From positions 862,131 to 926,130 of the forward strand of contig OY969116.1 in assembly GCA_963698075.1 (NCBI GenBank): DNA of 64,000 nt, written 5' to 3'. This document shows, piece after piece, positions 35,873 to 46,009 of the stretch (position 1 is the stretch's first letter; every line of letters begins with the position of its first letter). The stretch is from an uncultured Candidatus Berkelbacteria bacterium. Its GTDB lineage: Bacteria > Patescibacteriota > UBA1384 > UBA12157 > JAENIV01. The notes beneath the pieces were generated by a model. That model was not told where the DNA came from. It ran no database searches and was given only the letters and a program-made list of their open reading frames with translations. Position numbers and translations under genes: made by a program.

Positions 35873-36181
35873 ATGGAACAAGAGCATGGATTTGATCGGG
35901 ATCCGTCTGAAGATCTTGTCGGGGCCGAACAATTAATATACGAAGTATTAATGGCAAAAACCAATTTTAATAGTCCCGCAGAAGCCGTACCAATGGCTAA
36001 AAGTATTTTCCATTGTATTGATTCTCTACAGGGAAGAAATACCCATGCTAAAGGTTATTCTAATCCTAAAGCTGAATTATCCGCTGATTTAATTAGTCCT
36101 GGTGAATTGGCATTGGAGGCCGGTATTGGGAGGGATTTATCTAGAGCGATTTTGGTCAGACTTAATATTCTCAAAGAATAA
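35873..36181 (+). CDS. Hypothetical protein (103 aa)
   Basis: AAAGGAG RBS. No recognisable domain. Confidence 0.4.
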   Translation: MEQEHGFDRDPSEDLVGAEQLIYEVLMAKTNFNSPAEAVPMAKSIFHCIDSLQGRNTHAKGYSNPKAELSADLISPGELALEAGIGRDLSRAILVRLNILKE

Positions 36182-36183
36182 TT

Positions 36184-37581
36184 ATGAATTTAAAAACCGT
36201 CATTGGGCTGGAGATACACGTTCAGCTCAAAACTAAATCAAAAATGTTTTGTAGGTGCGACAATAATGCTGAAAATGCCGCGCCGAATACTTTGGTTTGT
36301 CCGATTTGTATGGGGCTCCCGGGAACTTTGCCGGTGGCGAATAAACAAGCAATTGAATGGACTCTCAAAACCGGCTTGGCTTTAAATTGCCAAATTGCCG
36401 ATTTTTCTCGTTTTGACCGCAAACACTATTTTTATCCCGATTTGCCAAAGGGTTATCAGATTTCACAGTACGACAAGCCGTTTTGCACCGGTGGGTTTTT
36501 GGAAATCGATGTGGCTGGTGAACTCAAAAAAGTCGGCATTCGTCGAGTTCATCTTGAAGAAGATGCCGGTAAGTTAGTTCATCCTTCCGGCAAAAACTAT
36601 TCTCTGGTTGATTTAAATCGCGCTGGCACGCCTTTAATGGAAGTTGTTAGCGAGCCAGAAATCAACTCACCGCAAGAAGCCAAAATTTTTATGCAGGAAT
36701 TACGCTCAATTTTGCGCTATTTAGATGTCTCTGACGCCGATATGGAAAAGGGACATCTACGCTGTGATGCCAATATCTCGATCGAAGAAGATGACAAAGA
36801 AGGAGTCCCAATTGAAATTAAAAATATGAATAGTTTTAGAATGGTCGAGCGGGCATTATCGTACGAAGAAAAGCGCCAAAAAGAAGAGATCGAAAAGGGA
36901 AATAAAGTTGAAAAAGAAACGCGTGGTTGGATTGATGCCAAAGGCATCACCATCTCGCAAAGAGGCAAGGAATATGCCCAAGATTACCGCTATTTTCCTG
37001 AACCGGATTTGCCGCCATATGAGCCAGCCAAACTTTTCGATCTTAAAAAATTAAAAGAAGAATTGCCAGAATTACCGGCTCTCAAGCGTAGTAAATATAT
37101 AGAAATGGGTTTGCCGATTCAAGACGCGGCCATTATTTCCATAGACAATACAATGGCTGCCTATTTTGAAAAAGTGGCCGAAAAAGTTTCGCCGAAATTA
37201 GCCGCCAATTGGATAATTAATGAGTTAAAAAGCGAAGGAATTTTGGATATCGCGCCAGAGAATCTAATAATGCTTTTAGAAAAAATTGAGAGCAACGAAA
37301 TCTCCAGTAAAATAGCCAAAGACGTTTTTGCCGAAATGCATTCCACCGGCAAAAAACCAGACGAAATTATTGCTGAAAAAAGCCTTAAACAAATTGGCGG
37401 TGAAGATGAACTTGGTCGTATTATTGACGAAGTCATTTTAGAAAATAAAAAAACCGTTGCTGATTATCAAAAAGGCAAAAAAGAAGCCTTAGGATTTTTA
37501 GTTGGTAAAGTAATGCAAAAAACTTCCGGTCAGGCCAATCCCCAAGTTGTCAATCAACTACTAGAAGAAAAATTAAGCTGA
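36184..37581 (+). CDS. gatB: Glu-tRNA(Gln) amidotransferase subunit B
   Basis: Canonical GatB N-terminus (IGLEIHVQL) and the C-terminal YqeY-like domain. Confidence 0.95.
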   Translation: MNLKTVIGLEIHVQLKTKSKMFCRCDNNAENAAPNTLVCPICMGLPGTLPVANKQAIEWTLKTGLALNCQIADFSRFDRKHYFYPDLPKGYQISQYDKPFCTGGFLEIDVAGELKKVGIRRVHLEEDAGKLVHPSGKNYSLVDLNRAGTPLMEVVSEPEINSPQEAKIFMQELRSILRYLDVSDADMEKGHLRCDANISIEEDDKEGVPIEIKNMNSFRMVERALSYEEKRQKEEIEKGNKVEKETRGWIDAKGITISQRGKEYAQDYRYFPEPDLPPYEPAKLFDLKKLKEELPELPALKRSKYIEMGLPIQDAAIISIDNTMAAYFEKVAEKVSPKLAANWIINELKSEGILDIAPENLIMLLEKIESNEISSKIAKDVFAEMHSTGKKPDEIIAEKSLKQIGGEDELGRIIDEVILENKKTVADYQKGKKEALGFLVGKVMQKTSGQANPQVVNQLLEEKLS

Positions 37582-37628
37582 CTTGTAATATTTTTTATTT
37601 GCGCTAAAATATATTTCACAAGGAGTTT

Positions 37629-38813
37629 ATGATGCCTAAAAAAATAAACTATTTAGATGATGCCAAAAAATTTCCCAAGAAATTGCGCCGTGGCGGCGTT
37701 TTTATGGTTATTTTTCTGGTGTTGGCCTTTCTCATGGGAGTGGTTGGGGGCACAGGTGCAATTTTACTTCTTTCCTCTAATAGTAAATTTCAAAACGCCC
37801 TGGGGATTAAGGGTTCAAATTTAAATATCGCCACCACTAAAACTGAAAAACTACGCTTAGAGGAATCTTCGGCGATTATTGACTCCTCCAAAAAAGTTAC
37901 CCCGGCAGTGGTTTCTATCACCACTAGTCAAAATGTTTTGGATTTTTTTGGAAGAACGATTGAAGAACAAGGAGGTGGAACTGGTTTTATAGTTACTAAT
38001 GATGGTCTTATTATAACTAATAAACATGTCGCTGAAGCCGGAAGTTCTCTTTCGGTTTTAACTGCTGATGGCAAAGACTATCAAGCTAAAGTGGTGGCTG
38101 AAGATCCGACCAATGATTTGGCAATTTTAAAAATCGAGGCTCAAGGTTTGCCCGTGGTTGATTTAGGGAATTCTGATGATTTACAAATTGGCCAATGGGT
38201 TATTGCCGTGGGTAATGCCTTAGGCCAACTTCAAAATACGGTCACTGTCGGGGTCATTTCTGCTCGCGAAAGACAGCTCATCGCTGGCGGAGGAGGAACA
38301 CAGGAACAATTGAATAATTTGCTCCAAACCGATGCCGCTATCAATTCTGGTAATTCGGGTGGACCGCTGGTCAATTTGGCCGGGCAAGTTATTGGCATCA
38401 ACACCGCCGTGGCCTCCAATGCCCAAAATATTGGTTTTGCCATTCCGATTAATCAAGCCAAAAGCGCCTTAGATTCTTACAAAAAAAGCGGGAAAATTAT
38501 CAAGCCATTTTTAGGAGTTCGGTACGTTACCGTCAACAAAGAAATTGCTCAATCGCAAAATCTCTCGGTTGATTACGGCGCTTTTTTGGTGGGCACGAGT
38601 AATCAAAGTGCCATCGTTGCCGGTTCACCGGCTGACAAGGCCGGCCTAAAAGATGGCGATATCATTTTAGAAATCAATGGTGATCGAATTGATGAAAATC
38701 ACCCACTTGCAGGATTGATAGATAATTTTCAACCTGGCGACACGGTCGATTTAAAAATTCTTCGAGCGGGCCATGAAAGCACTCTTAAATTAAAATTGGG
38801 CTCAACTGAATAA
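37629..38813 (+). CDS. htrA: HtrA/DegP-family serine protease with PDZ domain
   Basis: Catalytic triad regions (TNKHV; DLAILKI; GNSGGPLVN) and a C-terminal PDZ domain. Confidence 0.85.
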   Translation: MMPKKINYLDDAKKFPKKLRRGGVFMVIFLVLAFLMGVVGGTGAILLLSSNSKFQNALGIKGSNLNIATTKTEKLRLEESSAIIDSSKKVTPAVVSITTSQNVLDFFGRTIEEQGGGTGFIVTNDGLIITNKHVAEAGSSLSVLTADGKDYQAKVVAEDPTNDLAILKIEAQGLPVVDLGNSDDLQIGQWVIAVGNALGQLQNTVTVGVISARERQLIAGGGGTQEQLNNLLQTDAAINSGNSGGPLVNLAGQVIGINTAVASNAQNIGFAIPINQAKSALDSYKKSGKIIKPFLGVRYVTVNKEIAQSQNLSVDYGAFLVGTSNQSAIVAGSPADKAGLKDGDIILEINGDRIDENHPLAGLIDNFQPGDTVDLKILRAGHESTLKLKLGSTE

Positions 38814-38961
38814 TCCTCTTGACAACCAAGCTTGTTGATCTATGCTTTAAATAGAGGGGAAATTGAGGATTTATTTTTTTGGTTTATTAGAAAGTTCTAA
38901 CAAGGGACAGTCTTGAGGACTGTTCTTTTGGATATGTACCTTAGCACAAGGGGGTAGACCG

Positions 38962-39270
38962 ATGGCAAGGGTGGATACTGACCGAAGCGCTATTCCTTTT
39001 CCTTTGAGCTATTGTCTAATTTGCGGGGCTTCGCTCCCTGTCTTGATCAGTAGCGATAACGACAGATGGGTTCAGGAAATCTCCTGTCGGGTTTGCCGTT
39101 CGATGAAAGGTAGGATCTATCTTAGACCCGACTCTCTTTTGGCCGAGGGTTGGGTAGCGCTCGGCGATATCAAGATGGTATATGAACCAGCCTTTCTTTT
39201 GCATCATCCGGAAATTGAAGTCCATCAAGATAGAACAATGGTCAAAGTCTGGCTTGCCAAAGCGATCTAA
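38962..39270 (+). CDS. Small zinc-ribbon protein on a GC-rich insert (CLICG ... CRVCRS)
   Basis: 102 aa with two CxxC pairs. A TTGACA-16-TATGCT promoter lies at 38818-38846. A terminator hairpin lies at 39271-39303. Confidence 0.45.
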   Translation: MARVDTDRSAIPFPLSYCLICGASLPVLISSDNDRWVQEISCRVCRSMKGRIYLRPDSLLAEGWVALGDIKMVYEPAFLLHHPEIEVHQDRTMVKVWLAKAI

Positions 39271-39303
39271 GTCCCGTATTCTACTGAGCGGAATGCGGGA
39301 CTT

Positions 39304-40200
39304 TTAGTCACAAAATTTTTTGAGTTTGAGATTTTTATCAGCTTGAGATAAAGAATCAATGATTCTTTCTAAATTACCATCCATAATATTTTCGATTTTT
39401 GACCAAGATTTTTTGATTCTGTGGTCAGTGATTCGGTCCTGCGGAAAGTTATAAGTTCTAATTTTTTCTGAACGGTCGCCGGTGCCAATTTGGAGACGTC
39501 GATTTTCGCCTCGTTCTTTTTCTTGCTTTTCTTCTTCGAGAGCCAAGAGTCGCGAACGCAGGACCTTGAGCGCTTTTTCGCGATTTTTGATTTGTGAGCG
39601 TTCATCTTGGCAAGTGACAATCATGCCAGTGAGCAGATGAGTGATGCGGACAGCGGAATCGGTTGTGTTAACCCCCTGGCCGCCATGGCCGCGCGAACGA
39701 TAAACGTCAATGCGAATATCTTGAGGATTAATTTTAATATCAACCCCTTCGGCTTCGGGAAGGACGGCAACAGTGGCGGCCGAAGTATGTAGGCGGCCAG
39801 ATTTTTCAGTTTTTGGCACTCGTTGAACTCGATGAACACCTGATTCGAATTTTAAGTTTTCATAAGAACCTGGTCCAGTCACTTCAGCGGTTAGGTTTTT
39901 GATGCCTCCAAGCGATGTCCGGTCAGAATCTAAAATGCTGAAATACCAACCCTTTTTTTCGGCGAAGCGTTGATACATCCTTAATAATTCCCCGGCAAAA
40001 AGTTCAGCTTCATCCCCGCCAATGGCGGGGCGGATTTCAAGAAAGACATCCTGTTTAGTATCATTGGATGTCGTCATTTTGAGTGCATTACTTTTGATTG
40101 ATTCAATTTCTTCTTTGGCTAACTCGCGGATTGCGGGGTCATTGCTCGAGCGATATAGTTCTTCAGCTTCTTTGAGTTGCCTTTTTAGCTCTTCGTTCAT
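39304..40200 (-). CDS. prfA: Peptide chain release factor 1 (short form; tripeptide PKT in place of PAT/PVT)
   Basis: GGQ motif ([17 protein letters not shown]). [29 protein letters not shown] aligns with the RF1 PxT region. Confidence 0.8.
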   Translation of the reverse strand: MNEELKRQLKEAEELYRSSNDPAIRELAKEEIESIKSNALKMTTSNDTKQDVFLEIRPAIGGDEAELFAGELLRMYQRFAEKKGWYFSILDSDRTSLGGIKNLTAEVTGPGSYENLKFESGVHRVQRVPKTEKSGRLHTSAATVAVLPEAEGVDIKINPQDIRIDVYRSRGHGGQGVNTTDSAVRITHLLTGMIVTCQDERSQIKNREKALKVLRSRLLALEEEKQEKERGENRRLQIGTGDRSEKIRTYNFPQDRITDHRIKKSWSKIENIMDGNLERIIDSLSQADKNLKLKKFCD

Positions 40201-40432
40201 TTTTTTTGCCTTTTTTTGCTCTCATTTCTTCGGCTTTTCTGACTCTACTTCGGAATTTATCGACTCGACCGGCGGTGTCAATAAATTTAGCAGTACCGGT
40301 ATAGAAAGGGTGACATGCTGAGCAAACTTCAACATGCAATTCAGGCACAGTCGAACCGACTTCAAAAGTATTGCCGCAAGCGCAGGTAACTTTGGTCCTA
40401 GGATAATACTTAGGATGTATGTCTTTCTTCAT
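40163..40432 (-). CDS. rpmE: Ribosomal protein L31 with a basic C-terminal extension
   Basis: [10 protein letters not shown]..., CxCG...CSxCHPFYTG. The 3' end overlaps the prfA start by 38 nt through an A-rich run. Confidence 0.8.
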   Translation of the reverse strand: MKKDIHPKYYPRTKVTCACGNTFEVGSTVPELHVEVCSACHPFYTGTAKFIDTAGRVDKFRSRVRKAEEMRAKKGKKNERRAKKATQRS

Positions 40433-40573
40433 AATAAGTCTTTTCTAAATGGGTGAATACTTGTCCCTCCGAAATTCGCACCGTCATAACAGAATGTAAT
40501 TCGTTTGACGGTAAAAATGAAGGGGGATCTTTTTTCATACGAAAATATTGTAGCACGAGATTCGTTTCATGTA

Positions 40574-40606
40574 AAGATTACGCCCTCGTCTACGACGAGG
40601 GCGTAA
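40574..40606 (-). terminator. Perfect 15-bp palindromic hairpin terminator for the minus-strand gene 40610..40972
   Basis: GATTACGCCCTCGTC-TAC-GACGAGGGCGTAATC. Confidence 0.6.
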
Positions 40607-40609
40607 TCA

Positions 40610-40972
40610 CTAGTCCTTATCGGGAACGGCCGCAAAGTACAACAGCTTACAGTTTGGGCACCAGCCCATCAGATCGTTGTAGTATCGCTCCTCGCCGGTG
40701 GCGGTGAGAAATGCGACACAAATCATCAGCACTGGCATCTTACAACGAAGACAGTCAATGATAGGGTATCTGATAATCCTGCGCAGGATTCGCTGGGATC
40801 GGCTGACCTTGCGGATGAAGAGTCCAGTAATGTTTTCGCGGCTCAATCCTAGACTCTTCTTGGCAGAAGCCAACTGTTCCAATAACCCCACTATCTCGGC
40901 GTCTGGCATCCGCACGCCGAGCTCAGACTTCACCGGAATTCCGTCTACCAACCAACAGCGTCGTTCCATCAC
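40610..40972 (-). CDS. Sigma-70 region-4-like HTH fused to a C-terminal zinc ribbon (120 aa), GC-rich insert
   Basis: SLGLSRENITGLFIRKVSRSQRILRR resembles the sigma70_r4 HTH. The C-terminus carries two Cys pairs (CLRC ... CPNC). Confidence 0.45.
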   Translation of the reverse strand: MMERRCWLVDGIPVKSELGVRMPDAEIVGLLEQLASAKKSLGLSRENITGLFIRKVSRSQRILRRIIRYPIIDCLRCKMPVLMICVAFLTATGEERYYNDLMGWCPNCKLLYFAAVPDKD

Positions 40973-41505
40973 GGCTGACCTCCGAGTTGGGATGCCACTG
41001 CCGCCCGGCAGTGGGTTCAGCAGCCGAAAGGCCTATCCCATAACATCGGAAGATCATAACAACATGCCTATATGGCATTTTATTTCGATTGAGGAACAAT
41101 TGGCCCATGTGACCTTGCTAATATTAGCATAAACCTTGTCAAAAGTCAAGCCAGGCAAAGTCCGCTTTCGGCGGACCGCCTGGCGCAGACCCGGCAGATG
41201 ACACACTGCAATAACAGGACGTAGTCCGTTTTGCAGTAAGGAATTGTGCGGGGTCAAGGTAATCAATCCATTGATTAAGATTGCGGAATATGCTAAGATT
41301 TCTTTGCGGCGGGAAGCCATATATTTTTTAGTCATTATATATTAGAATAGTATTAAGCAACCGCATAAAGTTATGGCGGGTGCGGCCCCATAAAATTGCT
41401 TTCTTTGCAACCTATTACACAGTGTAAGCAAAGAAGCGCAATTTACGGGGCTTCCTGAACTTTCTTTCTGCTTTCGCAGAAGCGAAATTCAGGAGTGGAA
41501 GGAAT

Positions 41506-42246
41506 ATGCCGATGCCAAGCTTAACTGAATTACTTGAAGCCGGGGCGCATTACGGACATAAAAAAGAACGTTCATATCCCCGAGCCAAAAAGTTTACCTA
41601 CACAATCCGTGATAGTATTTATGTTATTGATTTGGAAAAAACCATTGCCCACTTAAAATTAGCTCTTGATTGGCTCCAACAAGCGACTCATTCGGGAAAG
41701 ATCATATTATTTGTTGGGACTAAACGTCAGGCAAAAGAAGCAGTCAAAAAAACCGCTCAAAATCTCAAGATGCCCTATATTGTCGCCCACTGGCTCGGCG
41801 GGACATTGACAAATTTCGAAACTATCAATAAAAGTTTAAAGAAACTTTCTGAATTAGATGAGCTTATAAAATCAGAGGATTTTGCCAAATATACGAAAAA
41901 AGAAAGAAAAAGAATCGAAGAAAAAAGAATTAAACTCAATGCTCTTTTTGAGGGCTTAAAAAATTTATCCAAATTGCCTGATATTTTATTCGTGGTTGAT
42001 ACCGCCAAGGAAAATGTGGCGGTGTTAGAAGCAAGACGGATGAATATTCCGATTGTCGGTATTTGCGATACCAACGCCAACCCAGATTTAATTGATTATC
42101 CCATCCCGGCCAATGATGATTCTGAAAAATCGATCAAGCTAATTCTTGGAAAAATAGAAGAAGGGTTAAAAGTGAAAAAAACCGAAGAAAAAGACGAAGA
42201 AGCTAAAAAGACGATCAAAAAAGTTTTTAAAAAAAGGAGCAAATAA
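41506..42246 (+). CDS. rpsB: Ribosomal protein S2
   Basis: Canonical S2 sequence. A TTGATT-17-TAAGAT promoter and a long leader hairpin lie at about 41440-41495. Confidence 0.95.
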   Translation: MPMPSLTELLEAGAHYGHKKERSYPRAKKFTYTIRDSIYVIDLEKTIAHLKLALDWLQQATHSGKIILFVGTKRQAKEAVKKTAQNLKMPYIVAHWLGGTLTNFETINKSLKKLSELDELIKSEDFAKYTKKERKRIEEKRIKLNALFEGLKNLSKLPDILFVVDTAKENVAVLEARRMNIPIVGICDTNANPDLIDYPIPANDDSEKSIKLILGKIEEGLKVKKTEEKDEEAKKTIKKVFKKRSK

Positions 42247-42702
42247 ATGATTACGGCCGAACAAATTGCCAAACTCAGAGCTGAAACTGGGGCCGGAGTG
42301 ATGGATTGTAAAAAAGCTTTAGAAGATTCCGATGGCGATTACATTAAAGCCAAAAAGTTGTTAGCCCAGAGTGCCCAAACCATTGCCAAGAAAAAAGCCG
42401 AAAGAAATGCCGAGCAGGGATTGATTGAATGTTATTGCCATGGCGGGAAAATCGGCGTGATTTTAGAACTAGCCTGTGAGACTGATTTTGTGGCCAGAAA
42501 TGATGAATTTAAAAATTTAGCTCATGAACTGGCGATGCAAATCGCTTCGATGAATCCGCAAAATGTGGAAGAATTAATGAGCGAAAATTATATTCGCGAC
42601 GAATCTTTAACGATCCGTCAATTAATTGAACAGACAATTGCCAAAATTGGTGAAAATATTCAAGTCAAAAGATTTACGCGATTTGAGTTGGGGGAAGGCT
42701 AA
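42247..42702 (+). CDS. tsf: Elongation factor Ts (short form)
   Basis: ITAEQIAKLRAETGAGVMDCKKAL is the EF-Ts N-terminal UBA-like region. Confidence 0.85.
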   Translation: MITAEQIAKLRAETGAGVMDCKKALEDSDGDYIKAKKLLAQSAQTIAKKKAERNAEQGLIECYCHGGKIGVILELACETDFVARNDEFKNLAHELAMQIASMNPQNVEELMSENYIRDESLTIRQLIEQTIAKIGENIQVKRFTRFELGEG

Positions 42703-43259
42703 TGTATCAAAATATCCTACGCAATCTCAGAATGAAAATGCAAGAGACTCAAGATAAACTGACGGAGAGCTTTCGTTCTCTTCGCACCGGTAAAGCCAAT
42801 TCTGCCTTGGTGGAAAATATTATTGTCTCTTACTACGGGACCAAAGTGCCTTTAAAACAAATGGCCAATATCTCGATTCCTGACACGAATTCGATTACCA
42901 TCCAGCCATGGGATAATAATTCCCTTGGAGACATCGAGCAGGCCTTGCGTAATTCAGAAACCGGCCTCAATCCAATAAATGACGGCCGTTTGATTAGATT
43001 AAGTCTTCCTCCGATGACTGCCGAAAGAAGAGAGGAATTAGTCAAAATGCTCCATCAAACTGCCGAGGAATGTCGTATCGCTTTGCGCAACCTGCGTGAA
43101 GAAGCTTGGAAAGAAATCAAAAAACAAGAAAGCCAGAAACAAATTACCGAAGATGATCGTTACGATGCCGAAAAGGAATTGAATAAATTGATTGAAGATT
43201 TTAATCTCAAAATCAATGATCTCATTGAGGCCAAAGAAAAAGAATTGAGGACAGTCTGA
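42702..43259 (+). CDS. frr: Ribosome recycling factor
   Basis: Full-length match to the RRF pattern. Confidence 0.9.
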   Translation: MYQNILRNLRMKMQETQDKLTESFRSLRTGKANSALVENIIVSYYGTKVPLKQMANISIPDTNSITIQPWDNNSLGDIEQALRNSETGLNPINDGRLIRLSLPPMTAERREELVKMLHQTAEECRIALRNLREEAWKEIKKQESQKQITEDDRYDAEKELNKLIEDFNLKINDLIEAKEKELRTV

Positions 43260-44314
43260 TGTTAATAAGCATCTTAACTTTTGTCGCTATCTTGGTAATT
43301 CTCATTCTTATTCATGAATTTGGCCATTTTATTATTGCCAAAGCTATTGGAGTTAAAGTTCAAGAATTCGCTTTTGGTTTCCCCCCAAGATTATTTAGTA
43401 TTGTCCGTGGAGGGACGCGTTATTCTTTTAATCTGATTCCTTTGGGGGGTTATGTCAGTCTTCTTGGCGAGGACGAAGCAGTTCTCAAGCCAGGTTCTTT
43501 TTATTCAAAAAAAGTTTGGCAAAAAATTCTCATCGTCGGCACCGGTGTGATCATGAATTTTCTTTTGGCGATTATTGTTCTCGCTATTGGGTTTAGTATT
43601 GGTATGACTCCACTCGTGTCCGATCCGGCTTCTTTACCGGGAGCCAAAACCTCCCAAGTAATGATTGTTGAAGTCGTTTCTGGTTCTCCGGCTTCTCAAA
43701 TTGGTCTGGAAAGAGGTTACATTTTAAACGGCTTTGCTTCTCCCTCTGATTTGCAGCAATTTACGCGCTCTCATGCCGGCCAAACTATTGATCTTTCGGT
43801 CCAAAAAAATGGTAATACTGAAGTTCGTAAAGTTACTTTAACTTCTGGGGACGCGCCGTTGGGAGTGGGCGCTGTTTCTATTACCCGTGTCAAACAACCT
43901 TTTTTCCAAGCTATCAAATCCGCTGTCATCGAAGTTGGTCGCAGTATCATTGTCGTTTTTCAGGTTCTCTGGATGATCATCAAAAGTGTTTTTACGACAG
44001 GTACTGCTGGGGAAGCTGGCGCTGGGGTGGTCGGACCATTTGGTCTTTACAACTATACTAGCGAGGCTGTCAAATTGGGCTTTATTTATGTTTTACAACT
44101 CTTAGCCATTCTTTCAATAAATTTGGGGATCATTAATATTCTGCCCTTTCCGGCTTTAGATGGGGGGAAAGTTCTTTTTCTGGGGCTTGAAGGCATTTTC
44201 AGGAAAAAGGTTATTCGTCAAGAAGTGGAAAATCTTATCCATACCATCGGCTTTATTTTGCTAGTTATCTTGCTTTTGGCAATTACCTTTAGAGATATAT
44301 TACGCTTTCGCTAA
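43259..44314 (+). CDS. rseP: Site-2 protease RseP (M50) with PDZ domain
   Basis: HEFGHF zinc motif, a PDZ domain, and a C-terminal LDGG-containing helix. Confidence 0.85.
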   Translation: MLISILTFVAILVILILIHEFGHFIIAKAIGVKVQEFAFGFPPRLFSIVRGGTRYSFNLIPLGGYVSLLGEDEAVLKPGSFYSKKVWQKILIVGTGVIMNFLLAIIVLAIGFSIGMTPLVSDPASLPGAKTSQVMIVEVVSGSPASQIGLERGYILNGFASPSDLQQFTRSHAGQTIDLSVQKNGNTEVRKVTLTSGDAPLGVGAVSITRVKQPFFQAIKSAVIEVGRSIIVVFQVLWMIIKSVFTTGTAGEAGAGVVGPFGLYNYTSEAVKLGFIYVLQLLAILSINLGIINILPFPALDGGKVLFLGLEGIFRKKVIRQEVENLIHTIGFILLVILLLAITFRDILRFR

Positions 44315-44436
44315 ACTAAAAACTAAAAACTCAAATGTTAAAGTTTTCAGTTAAAACAAAAATGATTAAATCCTTTATCATTTAAATTGAAGCTTTAAGT
44401 TTTGCCATTTAAGCTTTAACATTATAGAATTAAATT

Positions 44437-45654
44437 ATGCGATATTCTCAAAGCTTCATTAAAACCTTTAAAGAAACACCGCGCGAGGCAGAAAATGCTT
44501 CATCAGCCTTGCTTTTACGTGGCGGTTTCATTGACCAGGAAACAAGCGGCATTTATTCTCTGTTGCCCCTTGGTTGGAAAGTAATCCAAAAAATTTCTCA
44601 AATTATCCGTGAAGAAATGGATGCGATTGGCGGGCAGGAAGTATTTCTACCTTCGATACAACCCAAAGAACTTTGGGAGGAAACAGGACGTTGGAGCACC
44701 ATGGACCCTCCTTTGTTTAAATTTAAAGACCGTCATGAAAAAGATTTTGCCTTGGGCTCAACCCACGAAGAGGTAATTGTTGATCTTGTCCGCGATCGAA
44801 TCTCTTCCTATAAAGAACTGCCGCAGATGCTTTATCAAATCCAAACTAAATTTCGTAACGAACAACGCTCGACGGGCGGACTTTTGAGGGTAAAGGAATT
44901 TTTAATGAAAGATGCTTATAGTTTCCATGCTGACCACGAGGATTTTGAAAAATATTATCAAAAAATGGTTGAAGCATATCGCAAAATTTTCAAAAAAGTT
45001 GGCGTTGAAGTAAGAATGGTCGAAGCGCATTCCGGTTCGATTGGTGGTAAACGTTCAAACGAATTTATGATTCTTTCTGAAACAGGCGAAGACGAAGTTT
45101 TTATTTGCGGCTCCTGCGACTACGCTGTCAACGCCGAACTGACTACTGATATTAAAGCTTGTCCGGCCTGTGCTGGCGCGGTTAAATCGGCCAACGCTAT
45201 CGAGGTAGCCCACATTTTCGATTTGGGCGATCTTTATTCAACTAAAATGAATGGCCTTTTCACTGACAAAGATGGCAAACAAAAATCCTATTTTATGGGA
45301 TGTTATGGCATCGGCATCGGCCGGCTTTTAGCTTCGATTATAGAGGTAAGTCATGATAATAATGGCATTATCTGGCCTGAGCAAGTTGCCCCTTATCAAG
45401 TTTATTTGGCTGATTTAACAAACAGGAAGGCAAATAAAGTTTACGACGAACTGACGAAGTCAGGAATCGAGGTTTTGTATGATGATCGTCCGGAGTCTGC
45501 CGGCGTTAAATTTTCCGACGCCGATTTGTTGGGGTTACCTTATCGAGCCGTCGTCTCTGAAAAAACTGGCGACAAAATTGAGGTAAAAAAACGCGATAGT
45601 AAAAAGTCAAGTCTGATAACGCTTGACAAGTTTATTGAACAATTGCGACAATAA
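44437..45654 (+). CDS. proS: Prolyl-tRNA synthetase (short class II form without the editing insertion)
   Basis: Class II motifs, FRNEQRSTGGLLRVKEF, and a C-terminal anticodon-binding domain. Confidence 0.9.
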   Translation: MRYSQSFIKTFKETPREAENASSALLLRGGFIDQETSGIYSLLPLGWKVIQKISQIIREEMDAIGGQEVFLPSIQPKELWEETGRWSTMDPPLFKFKDRHEKDFALGSTHEEVIVDLVRDRISSYKELPQMLYQIQTKFRNEQRSTGGLLRVKEFLMKDAYSFHADHEDFEKYYQKMVEAYRKIFKKVGVEVRMVEAHSGSIGGKRSNEFMILSETGEDEVFICGSCDYAVNAELTTDIKACPACAGAVKSANAIEVAHIFDLGDLYSTKMNGLFTDKDGKQKSYFMGCYGIGIGRLLASIIEVSHDNNGIIWPEQVAPYQVYLADLTNRKANKVYDELTKSGIEVLYDDRPESAGVKFSDADLLGLPYRAVVSEKTGDKIEVKKRDSKKSSLITLDKFIEQLRQ

Positions 45655-45685
45655 TAAAGACAAAAATAAATAGTAAGGAGGTTTG

Positions 45686-45919
45686 ATGGACGAAGACAAA
45701 ACGACCACGCCAGCAGCTGCAGGTGATTCTGGCTCTGATGATACTGGCGCCATGCCAGTAGAAGAGGAGGAAGAGAAACCAACGCCTGCCGGAGAAGGAG
45801 AAGTCGCTGAACCAGCGATAGGTGAACCAGCTGCAGGCGAAGAAGAAAAGAGTGAAGTACCGGCCGCGCCGGCTGGCGATTTGGGCGAAGAGGCCAAAGG
45901 CGAAAAGCCGGAAGAGTAA
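45686..45919 (+). CDS. Small acidic, Pro/Ala/Glu-rich disordered protein (77 aa)
   Basis: AAGGAGG RBS. A strong terminator follows (AAAAACCCCT-gcgattatg-AGGGGTTTTTG, 45938-45970). Confidence 0.4.
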   Translation: MDEDKTTTPAAAGDSGSDDTGAMPVEEEEEKPTPAGEGEVAEPAIGEPAAGEEEKSEVPAAPAGDLGEEAKGEKPEE

Positions 45920-46009
45920 TTTTCAAAATTTTATACAAAAACCCCTGCGATTATGAGGGGTTTTTGTTATTGACAGAAGAACCATTTAATGATACATTTT
46001 TTTCTGTAC

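Noticed and set aside
40453-41335. Track ORFs 40453..40707 (+), 40698..41132 (+) and 41054..41335 (-)
   Set aside because: They overlap the better-supported minus-strand gene and its regulatory region. The translations are not protein-like. The last overlaps the rpsB promoter.
45540-45938. Minus-strand ORFs of 132 and 96 aa overlapping the acidic-protein gene
   Set aside because: They are antisense frames over a GAA/GCC-rich repetitive coding region. The + strand gene has a strong RBS and terminator.
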